Shown here piece after piece: positions 29,255 through 45,339 of a DNA stretch of 64,000 nucleotides. The translations under genes were made by a program, and so were the position numbers. Positions within the stretch are counted from its first letter, which is position 1. Every line of letters starts with the position of its first letter. This DNA is from the human T2T-CHM13v2.0 reference genome, Homo sapiens. The DNA is taken from NCBI RefSeq assembly GCF_009914755.1, contig NC_060935.1; one strand, 5' to 3'. Below the pieces are notes generated by a model. That model searched no databases. It worked only from the letters and a program-made list of their open reading frames with translations, and was not told where the DNA came from.

Positions 29255-30059
29255 ACATAGAACGACAATCATTTACTCTTGCTCACGTATCTGCTGGTCA
29301 GCTGCCGTTCCTCATTTCTACTTGTGTATCTGCTGGTTGGCTGCAGTTTGGCTGACATAGCTGGGCTTGCTGGGCTGCCCGGACTCCAGCTGCTGGGGGT
29401 TCTTGGCTTCTCTCTCTGGAGCCAGGTCTGCTCCAGACACTTGGAGCATGTCTGTTCTGGGCCCCAGCTGAAGGAGCAAGGGCTCCCTGGGGGAGCTTTT
29501 CTACATTTTGAGGCTTTGCTCATATCATGTTTGCTAATATCTCATTGGCTACATCAATTTCACAGTTGAACGTAAGGTCAAGGAGCAAAGAAGTGCAGGC
29601 TGCCTGTTAAACAGTCTAGTTCAGAATCCTGTGGCAAAAGGTGGTACGGATGGCTGAAGAGCTGGGGCCAGGGATTCAATCTGACACGGATGCCACCTCA
29701 GCCATAAATGCAGTACTCTTGCGGGTGCAGAAATCTCATGAGGATTCCCGCATATTGATTTTTTTAAATGAAAACATGGAATTAAAAATTCTTAGAGAAA
29801 ACATTCAGATCCTGAGAATATATCCAAAGACCCTAGTTTGAGAGACACTAATTTTTAGTAAACTTCCTGGCTTTGCCGCAGAAGATTTGGGGTTTCTTGG
29901 TGTTTGAAAATTCCCCAAGGAGAGCTCTTGTTGAACTAGGCTCTCTGAACCTAATTCAGCACTCCAAACCCCAGTGGGTCCTCCAAAGATGCTAGTTAGG
30001 GTTGATGAACAACAATAACAACAATAATAGTAGTAACAATAATAGCTGCTGTTCACTGA

Positions 30060-30423
<364 letters not shown>

Positions 30424-30714
30424 AGTTATTATCTTCTTTTTAAAGATTGGGAAACTGGGGCTTAAAAGGCCATGTTACTTATCTAAGGTTATACAGGTCA
30501 TTTATGGGGCCAGGACTTTTAACTAGATCTCCAGTTCATCATCTCCAGGCCTCAGATGTGAATATCTAGAATGCCTTCCTGGCATCCCATTGCTGGTCTT
30601 CCCACTTGCATGGAAACCTGTTTCTTTAGGGGGTCACTGTTCAAGCATAGGATATGTAGGACGTAAGATCGTTCCCTTCTCCTTGTTTGATTGGTAACAA
30701 TGAACCTTTGGCAG

Positions 30715-31765
<1,051 letters not shown>

Positions 31766-32689
31766 ATGAGGGTTTTGCTCTGCCTTTTTTCTATCTCTTG
31801 TTCATTTCAGTGGTTATTTGGGGAGAGCTACCCAGGATGGATGCGCCGGTTGTGTACTTAACAGCTCCATGGGGTGCTTTTCATGTCAGCCCTGTTAACT
31901 ACGTTCTTCTGCCAGGTTAACTTGGAAGACTCTTCCAATCTGCAGCATGATAATTAAAGTGTATTTCTATCTGATTTCTCTCTGGCTCATTCCAGTTTAC
32001 ATTTTTGCTGCCCCCTAAATAGGCAGCAAACTCCTGATCCAGATACTCCTGGATCTCTCTCTCACCCTTGCCCAAGACCATTCATAAAAAGGCATAACTA
32101 AGAGATGGGATTGAGGCCAGTCTGCTTGACAGCTGCTTCTCTAGTTCTTCCCCAAGGGTCCAAACTAGTACTCAGAATGCTATTGCCTTTCACCAGGAGC
32201 CTGCCTCCTTACCAAGGAGAGCAAGGCTGTGTGTGGTCAGGGTAGCGGGTGGTTGGTCCTGAGGCTGGTCCATAGTCCTGGCACCTTTTACAGGCAGAAA
32301 AGAAGGACTTGTGAAGGGAAGAGCTGTCTGAGTTGGTTATAGGCTCTGTTCCTGGATTCCGATCCTGGCTCTACCACCTGCGAGAAATGTGTCTTTGGGC
32401 TGCTCACCTATTCTCTCGGAGCTCCAGTGGTTTTATCCATAAAATGAGGATGCACAGCCTAATGGAACACACCCCTATGAGTTGTTGTAAATACTAATGC
32501 TTGTTGCATGCCTAGTACTTAGCATGTGATGAGCAGATCACAGCCAGCTTTAGTATCCACAGTTATCATCAGATGGGTTTCAGGAATGGTTGAGGGTGGG
32601 AGGTGAAATCAAAGTGTATAAAACCTGGATGTGGAATTTAGGATTGTTTGTCAACATGCCTCATTAACTAGGTCTCCAGAGTCTTTTTA

Positions 32690-33200
32690 AGCAGTAAAAA
32701 GAAGGAAATTCTGCCATTTGCAACAACATGGGTAAACCTGGAGTACATTATGCTAAGTGAAGTAAGCCAGACACGGGACAAATACTACCTGATACCAGTT
32801 ATAGGAGGAATCTGAAATAGTCAAATTCATAGAGACAGAGAGTAGAATGGTGGTTTCCAGTGGCTGGGAAAGAGGGAAATAGGGAAATATTAGTCCAAGG
32901 GTATAAAGTTTCAGTTATGCAAGATGAGTAAGTCCCAGAGATCTACTGTACAGCATAGAGCCTATAGTTTACTGTATTGCATGCTTAAAAATTTGCTAAA
33001 AGGGTAGATCTTATGTTAAGTATTATCACAATAATAATAATAATAAGAGCAGGAGGAATCTTTTGGAGGTAATGGATATGTTTATATCATAGTTTGTGGC
33101 GACGGTTTGACAGGTGTACACTTATTTCCAAACTCATCAAGTTAGATATGTTAAATACATACAGCTTTTTGTATGCCAGTCATACCTCAAAAAGCGGTCT
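32690..33200 (+). mobile_element. L1MA/MB 3' fragment
   Basis: aaaagaaggaaattctgccatttgcaacaacatgg...cattatgctaagtgaa...gagtagaatggtggtt... Confidence 0.75.
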
Positions 33201-33224
33201 AAACCGAAAAGAAATTTGAAAAAA

Positions 33225-33560
33225 GGACGAGTTCATGTCCTTTGTAGGGACATGGATGAAGTTGGAAACCATCATTCTGAGCAAACTATCGCAAGGACAG
33301 AAAACCAAACACTGCATGTTCTCACTCATAGGTGGGAATTGAACAATGAGAACACTTGGACACGGGGTGGGGAACATCACACACCAGGGCCTGTCGTGGG
33401 GTGCGGGGAAGGGGGAGGGATAGCATTAGGAGATATACCTAATGTAAATGACGAGTTAACGGGTGCAGCACACCAACATGGCACATGTATACATATGTAA
33501 CAAACCTGCATGTTGTGCACATGTACCCTAGAACTTAAAGTATAATAATAATAATAAAAG
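33225..33560 (+). mobile_element. L1PA 3' end (5'-truncated)
   Basis: gagttcatgtcctttgtagggacatggatgaag...gtaccctagaacttaaagtataataa. Confidence 0.92.
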
Positions 33561-36484
33561 GAAGTTTTGGATTAATAAAAGGAAGTTCTCATTTCCTTAT
33601 CAGTTAAATTAGGGCAGATGGGTTAAATCATGGTTCTTGAGCTTTTTTGAATCACCTAGGAAGTTATACTCACGTGCCAATGTTCACAAAATGTTGCACA
33701 CATTTTAAGGGATGCCCCCTTTCCCAGACACCAGGTTAGAAACCTAGAGCATGGATAATCTCAGATGCCCTCATCTAGCTTAAGTATTCTTCACTCCATG
33801 TCTGTGGCCATAGCAGAGGCCAGAGTTCAAGTTCAAGTTCAGGTTATCTCTATCTCTCAGGTCTTCAGTTGGCTGGGCTGGGGAGTAGCTAGAGAAAAGA
33901 AGTGATGCCATCTGCCTCCTGGGGCTTGGGAGAGGAGCATTTGAGGTATGCCAAAGTGCTTCATCAACTGTGAATGGCTTCACCAGTCATTCTTGTAACT
34001 ACTTTGCTCTATGAAGAAATGCAGGATTGAATTATGAATGCTTTATGGATTCAATGAATTCCTGGAAAGTTGCAAACAAATCAGGTTTTTGAAAATCCAT
34101 CTCTGCAGCATCTGGTCATGACACCATTTAGAGGAGCCCAACAGTGAATCTTCGACTGGGGCAGACAGACATTCTGTTGCAAAGCAGAGCATTCTTCCCT
34201 ATTAAAATGCCAACCTGCAGATAGCAGATTTGCTCAGAGGCAAAGCTGGAAGTTCAGAGAGGGGCCCAGAAGAGTCCTGGTTGATTCTGGGTTTCAGGAA
34301 TGGTTGAGGGTGGTTAATGGAGTCATTAGGAAAATCTTGGGGCTAACATCCATTGCTCTACAAAGTGGTTAAAGCATGGACTGTACTGTCAGAGACCCAA
34401 GTTTAAACTCCAGCTTCCCGTGTGGAAAATTCCTTTGTGGCCTCAGGCAGGTTACCAACAGCCCTCAGCCTCAGTTTTCCAATCTGTAAAAGGAGGATAA
34501 TCATAGTAGCTGTGAGAATTAATAGTGTGTCAAAGCACTTGACATAGTGAAGGTACTCCATAAGTGGTAGCTGTTAATGAGGCTTTATTTTTATTGTCTT
34601 TATTAATTATTACCATGGTCTAAAATAGCATGTGGATCCACCTGGACCATGCTTCGCTCAGGGGGCCAAACTCCATGCTTTTATGTTATTTTTATGAGCA
34701 TCTCTCAGTCTTCATTTTAGACAGAACTTTGAGGTCATTTAGGACAGATTTCCACTGAGTGAGGAAGTCCTTTTTTCAGCCTCCCTGCTAGCAAATCATC
34801 CCCTGGTTGAACACTCCCATTAACAGGAAGCTCACCACCTCACAGGGTTCTTGTCCTATCTTAGGACTCTTCTGCATGTTAGACCATCACTTTTTGTGCT
34901 GAGTTCAGGCCTGTATCCCTCTAGATGCATGCGCGTTCTAACCATCCTGTCCCCACGACATGGTCGTCCTTCCCACATCTGATGATGATGGCTCTGCTTT
35001 CTCAGGCCTCTTCTTCTCCAGGCTAAGGGAGCCTCTCACCATGCAGGTTCCCCAGGTTATCAGCCTGGTTCCGGGTTATCAAAGGCCTTGTACCACAATG
35101 CTCAGAGCTTCTGGGCTGGTCCAAAGTGCTGAGTTCAGAGGGACCAAGGAGTTGACCTTGAGGGATAAGGCAAGGGAAGTCACTGGGAGACCAGTCTTCT
35201 GGGGGGCTTGTCCTGAGCATCTGGCCCTGCTGTCATTCCTGGACCCATGTCAGTCCCAGAATAGGAAGCCCACAGCCTGCTCTCTACTCAGGATGGCCTG
35301 GGCTCATCAGTGGCATGTAACGTGGTCCACAGGCCCTGCGAGATCCTGCCTGCCCTGCACCCTCTGCCTAGGGCACCATCTCTCTCTTCTCTAAGATCTC
35401 AGCTTAGACTCCATGTCCCCAGAAAAGGTCCTCAGTAGATTCCCAGATCCAGGGCTGCAGCTCAGAGATCCCATAATCCCACATAATTCTCCACCATGGG
35501 ACTGGCCATGCCATATCACAGTGGCCTCTCTTCTGCGTCCCGCTAGGCTGTGAGCTTTCTAAGAGCAAAGACACTCTCTGCCTGGGTCAACATTTTATCC
35601 CCAGAGCCTGTCACTGTGGCCTCTCCCTCCATGACATTTGTTGGTTGAATGAATGAATGAGTGAATAAATGCTTGATATGAGACAATCCCAATTGGTGGG
35701 AAAGATAAGCCAAAAACACCTGTCAGAAAAGCTCTAGACCTGAACCCAGCAGACAGTGGTCTCAGGCGGTTCCTATGTCCTTCACAGCCCTCACCCAGTC
35801 CTCTCTGTCCAGATGAAACTGCCAAGACTGATTACAACTCAGTGTTGAACCACAGGCCTCCCACCACCCCAAATTAGTAATTAATATTTGAACTCTTAAT
35901 AATCCCGATTATGATCACAGTGCTAACAGTGACTGTTGACTGAGTGTCTTCCACTTCCATTATGACAGCAGTGCTACAAGGTTGGTTTTTATCCAATTTT
36001 ATAGATAAGGAAACTGAGGCATGGTCAGCAAAGATCTGCCCAAGGCCACTCAGCTTGTGTGCAGTGAAGCTGAAATTCTAGCCAATTCCTCTGGCTCCAT
36101 GGCTCTTACTACCCTCCATGTGCTCCTACTACTGGCTGTAGGAACTAGAGATGCTTCTCTTTTCCCCCAGGAGACAGGGGAGCAATCAGAAATGATAATG
36201 TAGGGGGAGTAGTGTTATGATAAAATCCAGGGTTCTCTGAGATTCCAGGGGAGGGTCCCTGCAGACTGGAGCATCACTTGGGGAAACTGCCATGGAAGGG
36301 GAAGCTTGAGTTGCATGTTTTCTCTTTTTAGTTTTCTGAGATTTTTAAAACACAAAGGCAGTACAGTCTTATAGACAAATTAAGCAAAAGCATCCCTGCT
36401 TCCCTCTTTCCTCCCCTCCAGAGTAATGAGAGTTGAGATTTTGATGTGTATCTCCTAGACTATCTATGCTCATGTAAACATGCA

Positions 36485-36911
36485 TAGTGGTGTGCTGGTA
36501 GATGTTTACAACTGATGGTGATGGTGATGGTGATGGTGAGGCAATGTGCCAATTTCCATGGTGTAAATGCTCCCCCCATGGCTGATTTCAAGCTACTAGC
36601 ATGAAATCACTGAATGTGCAATTGGGAAGAAATATGCAATCGCAACTATTGTATGGTATTTCTACTCTGCAGCTACAGTAGAGGCCAGTACCCTAGAGAG
36701 CATAGAAAATCATCAGTCAAATGTAGTAAAATAATTGGGAATGGTTAAGTTTTGAGTATTTATTGCCTTTTAAAAATATATCATTTATTGAATTGTAAGT
36801 TTATATCATTTAGTTTTTCAATAATGGCTGTGTTTGACAACTGGTTCACAAAATTCCTGAAAATTTAACAGTTGGCTCTCAGTCAACATAAGCTGGCTCC
36901 AGCATAGCACT
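36485..36911. mobile_element. MER63-like hAT-Blackjack element
   Basis: Terminal inverted repeats agtggtgtgctgg...ccagcatagcact; internal gccaatttccatggtgtaaat. Confidence 0.6.
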
Positions 36912-36949
36912 CATTTCATTTTTACTAAAATCTTAACATTTTATAATTT

Positions 36950-37632
<683 letters not shown>

Positions 37633-39134
37633 CAATTTTTTTCTCTTTAACTTGCTTTTTACTTAAAAGGCTCTTTTTCCCATCATTCTTTCATTCAACC
37701 AGTATTCCACCATGTGCCATGCCCTCCCTGCGTTAGGAACCAGGGCCACCATTGTGATCAGGGCAGCCACGTGCTTTGCACTCATTAGCTTACGGTCTAG
37801 CCAGGGAGGCAGTCAGTTACCAAATCGACAAATAGATATCAACAAAATGCTCACTGCAATTAGGGCTCTTAAGGGAAGTTACAGGATGATGTAACAGAGA
37901 TAATGCCATGATAGACCAGGGATGAGGTATGGCCAGGAAGAACTTCCTTTAGGGTCAAGGCTAGGAGAGGCTTCTTCTGTCAAACTCACATAATCTGAGA
38001 CCCAAAAGCTAAGAAGGGACCACATATTCAAAGCTTAGTGGGAAAAAATTGAAAAAGGATATGTTCACTTGGGTGCCATTTCTGTAAACTTTACACACAT
38101 GCAAACAGTCCTGTATGTTGCTCTTTGAAAAGTCCTTGTGTCATAAAAATGGGAAGGCTTCCCACCATCTCTAGGATGGTGGTTACTCTTGGAGGGAGGA
38201 AAGGAAAGAGAAGAAGTTGGAGGCAGAGAGGGTCTTCCACTGCATCTCAGCATTTTCTTGAAGCAAAAGGAGAGAGGCCTGAGACAAATATAACTCGTGT
38301 TAATTTTTCTTGGCTTTAGCTGATGGGCACAGGGTTGTCAGCTGCATTCTTCTTTATAATTTCTGAATGCTTGAAATATTTCATGATTATTGTTATTTTT
38401 AAGGGTAGATAAAAGAGGCTCTAGGCTCACCCTCAGGGCATCAAGGCTGCAGAAAAGTGAAAAGGAAGTGAGAGGCCCAGGGTAAGTTCGGGGGCAGGCC
38501 TGTAGGGTATGAAGGCTGTGGCCATAAATATGAGTTTTATTGTAAGTGCAGTGGATGCCATTTTGAGCTGGTGCGGGACATGATCTGATTTACATTGATA
38601 AAGGGCTTCTCTGCTGCTTTGAAGAGAACGATGGAGGCTTATGAATGGCACTAGGTTAGGTAGGAGTCTAGGCATGGTGACTATCCATCTGTTTCCCATC
38701 TCCCAGGAGTTCTCCCAGGCTCTGCTTCACCAAGTCTTCAGGGGACCAACCCTGATCTAGCTCATGTGTCAAAACTTATCAAGTTGTACCTTATATGTCA
38801 ATGATGCCTCAATAAAGCTGTTAGAAAGGAAAAAGAAGGAACATGTCACTATGAAACAGAAAGAGGCAGGATGTATAAAAGGGTGGACCTGAAAAAAAAA
38901 CTAATTAAAAATTCTGGGAATGAAAAATATTCATCAAAATAAAGGTACTCATTAAAAAAAAAAACAAAGAAAGTTGGAAAAACCTCAGTAGATGGGAGAA
39001 ACCCCGGATTAGACACAGCCAAAGAGATAATTAGTGGACTGGAAGAGAGCTCTGAGATATTTTTCCAGAGAGTGCCCAGAATAATAAAGAGAAAAATATG
39101 GAAGAGTAGTTAAAAGACATGAAGGATATATTGA

Positions 39135-39428
<294 letters not shown>

Positions 39429-40236
39429 TGAGTCTTGGAGTTGAAAGGTGTTCATCAAGTAGTAAGGAGAATTTCAGGAAAGTAAATCTTCACTTCAAAA
39501 CCACATAGCAAAACTGCAGAAAATCAAGAGTAAAAGGAAAGTCTTAAAATTTACCACAGACAGATTATCCACAAAAGAACAACATTAGACTGACAGCTGT
39601 TGCTTTTGCGCCGATGGCAGTCTTTTTAGCAGTCTTCAGAGTGCTGAAAGAAAATAAAACTTAGCCTAGAATTTCATACCCAGCTGAACTCTGATTAAAG
39701 AGTGATGATGAAATGAAAGAGAAACCAGCCAGCTTCAAACCCTGAGGCTCTTGAACATTTAGAGGTTGGGGAGAGGAGGAACCCTCTCAAATCACATATA
39801 TTCAGTCATCCAGCAGTGGCCTCTGTCTCCCACAGAAACTGTAAGGAGAGAAGGATTGGTTTAGCCTTTGTAGTTGCAGTGCGAGGCCAGTGGAAAAGCC
39901 CCTTGTCAGCCATGTTGCTGAGTATTCCATCAAGACAGAGGAGGGAGATGGTCCCATCTGCTTCCCATCTTCCAGGAATTCAAAACACCTCTGAAGGGCT
40001 TTGTGTGTCTAGGAGAATAGGATCTCCAGTGTCTCTAGAAGAATGGGAATGGGTGGAGGGCAGGTAGCAGAGATTCTGAACCCAGCCTGCATTTCAGTTC
40101 TGTAGCAGTGGTGACATTTCAGGGGGAGGGGGAGGGAGCAGGTGGGACCAGGCCCTGGGCCCTGGTTGGGAAGGAGCCCAGGGACATGAGAACCCCTCTA
40201 GAATGGCCCATCCTAGACTCTTTCTCTTTCTTCCAG

Positions 40237-40304
40237 ATTGTGGACAAGAACAACCGCTATAAGTCCATAGATGGCTCAGACGAGACCAAAGCCAACTGGA
40301 TGAG
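40237..40304 (+). CDS. PRDM11: PRDM11 coding exon D ([23 protein letters not shown]), middle of PR/SET domain; last exon shared by all predicted isoforms
   Basis: tttctctttcttccag|ATT acceptor, AG|GTGAGC donor (phase 2). Contains the PR motif IDG...NWMR. Confidence 0.95.
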
Positions 40305-42919
40305 GTGAGCCCTGCTCTGCTGATGTCCCGGGGGTCTTGCCTGGCCTCTGGAAAGGAGCCAAGGGAGTGTGTTGGACCTGTGGGAGCTCCAGTGGTGGAG
40401 ACTTCTGGAGGCTGCCGTTTGCAGGGTTTGGATGCATCTAGCTCTGAAGGACCCACCTTTTCCCCTAGGCCTCCATCAGGGGGCTCTAGAGGACGGCGTG
40501 TGGTCAGGCCGTTGGGATGCAGGGACCGCTCGGGCTGCTCACTTGCCAGTGTGTCTGGAGGTCCTGGGCCCCAGGCTCCTGGCAGCATTCCTAGGGAGGA
40601 GGAGGAGACTGTCCCCCACCTAGGACTGTGACACCTCAGAGCAGGCTCCTGCAGGGGTGGTGTGAGAATCGTCCCAGTGCAGCCCCAGCAGTTGTTTAAA
40701 CAGCCTCCATGGAAGAAAGGGCTCTGACAAAGTCTTCAGCTCAGTTTTTGACAGTGTTGCTGCCTATGTTTGAGTACTTTGAAGTGTCAACTTTACCCTG
40801 TTCCGGTGTTTGGGACAGAATTTTGCACCAGAAGTTTTCTTAAATGCCAACCAGAGGAGGCAGGAGACTGGCCCCAGGCAGGGTCACCCAGGGATGGCTG
40901 AGCTGAGCCCAGAACCATGGGTCCAGCGTGATGCTGATGGTCTGTGCCATGTGCGAGGGACTCTGCCTGGTGGGGTTTGTGGACAGGGGTGGGAGATCTG
41001 ACATGCCTTGTTGCCTGCTTGGTGGCCTCTCTCTGGGACCTAGGAGCACTGGCTGGAGATTTGGATCTGGGTGGGAGGGGAAGGAAGCCTCAGATGTCTG
41101 GAGTCAGGGGCACAGCCACACCATGGGCCTGGGGCCCTCTGCCGGCATTTGCACAGTTTTCTGACCCATGAGGCCTTGAGGCTGATGGTGGGATTGTACT
41201 TGGAGAGAGGGCAACTTCCTAAAAAGGAGTGTGCTGTCTTAAACTCGGAGACTTTCTAAGCAAATGAGGAGAAGCAGGTTTGAGGCGTAGAGTATGTGAT
41301 GAGGGCTCCTGTGTCCTTCCCAGTGGCTCCACTGCCCACCTATACTCCTATCAGAGAGTGGCTGAGCAGCAGTTCACACCTCCCAGATTACTTTAGCGTT
41401 CGCCCTCTTATGGGTTAGGGAAGGTGTTCTCATTGCCGTTTGATGGGTGCAGAACAGAGGCTCCAGAGACCAGCGGGCCCCCTGCCTTGCAGTGTGGAGA
41501 ATAGCACCGACTGCCCCCAACCTCCTTGGACACAGCTGATCTGACACTGCCCTGAAAGTGGCCCCAGGGAGGTGGCTTGACACCCTGACTGCCTTCTCTT
41601 CTCACTGCCACGGGGTCCAGGTCAGCTGAGCACTTACAGTTCATCACCTGTGTACTGAGCACCTAGTTTGAGTCAGACTGTGAAATGGGTACCAGGGTGG
41701 ATCACCCAGCCCTGCCCCACCACACCCCATGCCCCACCCCCGCTGGCCCTTCCCGGGCTCACACCTCCTACCACAGAGGTGACTTTCCAGTGTAGTTTTT
41801 GCACTGAGGCACAATGTGCTGCAGAGGCCCAGATGAAAGAGGAGGGGTTCGTTGACATGGGCCTTCAAAGGGGCCAGGATTGTGTCTGGGGACACTGGGT
41901 TGTGGTGTCTAGTCAGGCTGTTGGGCGGCTGCTCAGTTTGGACCCCAAGCCTGTGCTGCTGTGCTGCCTGCCCTGTGGCTGCAGCCTGGCTCCAGGCAAG
42001 CAGGGGAGACCGTGCGTGTGTCCACTTGGGAATCAGGCTTTCTGTGCTATTGCTTTTAAGGCGCCGGGAGCTTTGCCCATAGAACCGAATCTGTTCCACT
42101 CTTTCACCCATCTCTGATCTTTCCCCCTGGGGACAAGGCCTTCTCAAAACCCCAAAAAAGGGGAGCTATCATCCAAACTAACTTATCTATCCTCTGGCAC
42201 CCCGCAGATTGTGACTTAATTGGGCTGGGGATTGGCCTTGGGCCTTGGTATTTTTAAAGCTAGTGATTCTGATGTGCCACTAGCATTGAGAACCACTGCT
42301 CTGTACAGATCTTCATGCCACAGTGGTCAAGCTGAGAGCAGGGCAAGGTCTTGCTTAAGAGCATACAGTCAGGGTAGCAGAATCAGGATTTGAACTCCTG
42401 GCTCTGTAATCCTAGGTCGGTGTTCTTCCTGCTTGTGCACAAGGGACCAGGTGAAGCGTGGCTTCCTGGGCCTGGATGGGCACTGGTGAGCAGGGGTTTG
42501 GGGGTTTCTGCTACTGCCACCTTGCTAGCATGGTTTCTGTCCTGTTCTGCTCCCAGCCTGTCCTGATTCAAGATGGCATCTGGGTAGTCACAGCTGGTGG
42601 GCTCTCATCTTATGACCACTCAAAGAGCAGGTTTGGGTTAGGGATGCAGTTTGTTGCCACAGAGACGCCCCTCCTGTTGCTGTTGGAGTGACGGGAAAGC
42701 TGTTAATCCTGGGAATCCTCCTTTCCCTTCATGTCCAGCTTCCGTGGTGTGGCTCTTTCTGACTTGCAGATGCTCTCCTTTGCACTGTCATGGCACCGCT
42801 TGGGGATGATTGAATGGACTCAGTTAGTTTCTTAACAAAATTAATGGTGGGCCAGGAGGCGAATGGGCACTGTCGTGTTGAGCTTATCTTTATGACAGCC
42901 CCATCTAGGTGATCTGTCT

Positions 42920-43110
42920 GTGGTGGTTCTCAACCGAGCACTATTTTGTGCCCCTGGGGGCATTTGGCAAGGCCAATGTTTGATGGTTGGATGCTATCAG
43001 ATAGAAGCCAAGGATGTTGATAAAATCCTGCATTACACAGGACACCCCTTCCCCCCAACAAAAAATTATCTAGCCCCAACTGCCAATAGTGGCAAGATTG
43101 AGACACCCAC
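42920..43110. mobile_element. MER20 (hAT-Charlie MITE)
   Basis: gtggttctcaacc...ttttgtgcccctgggggcatttggcaa...tgccaatagtggcaagattgaga. Confidence 0.7.
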
Positions 43111-44393
43111 ATTAAGTCCTCCTGATAGCCCTGGACAGTGACACTAGAATTGTCACCCTAGTTTTATGGAGAAGGAGACTGGGTTCACACGAGTCCCATG
43201 GCTTGGCCCAAGGAGACTCAGTCTCTAGTTCCAGGTCTAGTCCCATATTCCTGCCACCATCTTGGACTGGGTAATGAGGCCCCCAGCCTTCTTCCCATCT
43301 TCTGGGCCCTGGTGTTTTGGGTGCTTGAGTAGGAAGGTGAGGGCTGAAGGATGTTGGTGCCGCCGGCCTTCCCCTCTTGGTTTCAGAAGGAAACCAAGGA
43401 GTGAATGCGCTCTGAGCTTTCCTCCATACCCTCATGTCCTCTCTTGGGTGGATTTTTTAACCTTTTATCACTAGTTAAAAGGGTGACAGAGCCACGATGT
43501 GGAGAAATCAAGTTCCAAAGCCAGAGCAGGAGCCAAGTGGGATGGAAGGGCCATGCTGTGCCCCTTGCCCAGGGCCTCTGGCTGCTCAGTTGAGAGGGAA
43601 TCCCAGGTCCCCCTGGTGTCCACCAAAGTGGAACTTGACTCCCTCAGGACAGTCGTGGGCTTCTCAAATTCTACCAAAAAGTCACAGCAGCCCACCCCCG
43701 AAGAAAGCACTCCCATGGGAAGGAAACCTGTTTGCCTGCACATATGCAAAGGTGGGGGCTTGGAGAACTGACCGGGACGGGGAAGGGGAAGAGAGCCACT
43801 AGGCAGAATAAGCTTTCTGTGGCCACACCCTAATCATGGCATTGTCACTGCTACACCCAACGGTAGCCAGTGTAAATAGTTTCCCTGGTTACGTATTCTT
43901 CCGAGCCATTCATTCAGCTGTAGGGCTGTAGGTAAATATCGCTTTATAGAGGCAATGGGCTAATCCTAATTTCAATAAGATCCTTTACTGCTATCTTTAA
44001 GAGATTTTAAGCCCCTTACATCATGATGTGTTTCCCTCCTTAGTAATAAACCCGAAGAGTTGTGGTTGTTATTCTGGACAGGGAGAATAAGGTGTGAAAG
44101 GTTGAACATGAACTGCCCTAGCTCTCACCGCTAGTAAGAGCTAAAGCAGGCCCTGAAACCAAGGCCTTCGACTCTGAGTTCAGTGCTCCCTCCCATGTAA
44201 CGCCGTCTCTTCTTTCCACCCTCCCCTCCGAGGAGTAGTGGAAGGGACCTCTCAGTAGGAGGAGGGTGTGGTGGGGGCCAGGTTGCCCCAGGTGCCTCCT
44301 GGCTCCCCAGCTGGGGGCCAGCAATTAGGAAGGAGAACCACCTGCATTGACGGTCATTTACCCAATTGTGCTTTGTGGGATATTCAACCCAAG

Positions 44394-44815
44394 GAATGTG
44401 GCACACCTGGCTGAGCGTAAGAGGAAGCCCAAGTTCTCCAAGGAGGAGCTGGACATTCTTGTCACAGAGGTGACCCACCATGAAGCAGTGCTCTTTGGGA
44501 GGGAGACCATGCGGCTGTCCCATGCTGACAGGGACAAGATTTGGGAAGGCATAGCCCGGAAAATCACCTCCGTCAGCCAGGTGCCCCGCTCCGTCAAGGA
44601 CATTAAGCACAGATGGGATGACATGAAACGGAGGACCAAGGACAAGCTGGCCTTCATGCAGCAGTCCCTGTCGGGCCCTGGGGCCGGGGGCCGGGCCCCC
44701 ACCATCGTGCTCACGGCCCACGAGAGGGTCATCAAGTCGGCGCTGCTCACGGCCCGTGCAGGGCGCGGCTTCCCCAGGGCGGAACTGGATGGCACCGACA
44801 GCCCTTCGACCAGCT
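44394..44815 (+). CDS. Intron-nested coding exon with a Myb/SANT-like DNA-binding domain (Myb_DNA-bind_5/MSANTD/NAIF1 type); predicted alternative PRDM11 exon
   Basis: Peptide RKPKFSKEELDILVTEV...LFG...KIWEGIARKI...RSVKDIKHRWDDMKRRTK fits the family pattern. Acceptor ccaag|G AAT is phase 2 (matches donor 40304), with a weak pyrimidine tract. Donor AGC T|GTGAGT is consensus. CpG-rich, codon-like composition. Confidence 0.85.
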
Positions 44816-45183
44816 GTGAGTATCACCAGTCCCCCCCGCCACCCAGCCGGCTGCCTGCCCCCCAGCTTACAGTCCACAGTCTCCCACCGACTTTCCCTCT
44901 GGTTCTCTCCTGTCCCTCTCTGTCCAGCCCACTCTTTCCATCCTCCCCTCCTTCTCCCACTCTTCTCCTCTCCATCCCTTTTTGCATTCATTCTCGAATA
45001 TTTACTGAGCATCTCCGTGCCAGAGCCGTGCTAGGAGCTGGGAAGACAGCTGTGTGTAAACCCCACGCAGGCCCTGCTCTTGGGGAGACCCTGGACTCCT
45101 AGGAATAAACCAACGTTAAATAATTGCACGAGTAAACTGGAAACGAAGGGATGGAGGACACAGGAGTCCAGGAGGTCCCGAGA

Positions 45184-45339
45184 GCAGGGCTGACTTCATG
45201 AGCATGCAACCTGAACAGTCACAGGGGCCGCGGGGTTTCAGGCTCTGCTGTCGCCATCTGGACATTCTTCATAGTTTTTGAGCCAGGGGCCCCACGTTTT
45301 CATTTTGCATTTGACCCTGCAGGTTATGTAGCAGCTCTG
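45184..45339. mobile_element. MER91-like hAT MITE
   Basis: cagggctgacttcatg...ctgctgtcgccatctgg...ggggccccacgttttcattttgca...ttatgtagcagctctg. Confidence 0.55.

Noticed and set aside
33114-33500. 128-aa ORF
   Set aside because: Junction of two L1 3' fragments.
44131-45012. 293-aa and 145-aa minus-strand ORFs over the Myb exon
   Set aside because: Antisense shadows of a GC-rich coding exon. The + frame carries the domain and the splice signals.
45248-45265. CTCF-like motif (reverse strand GTCCAGATGGCGAC) in the MER91-like element
   Set aside because: Only a partial match to the core; cannot be supported without ChIP data.
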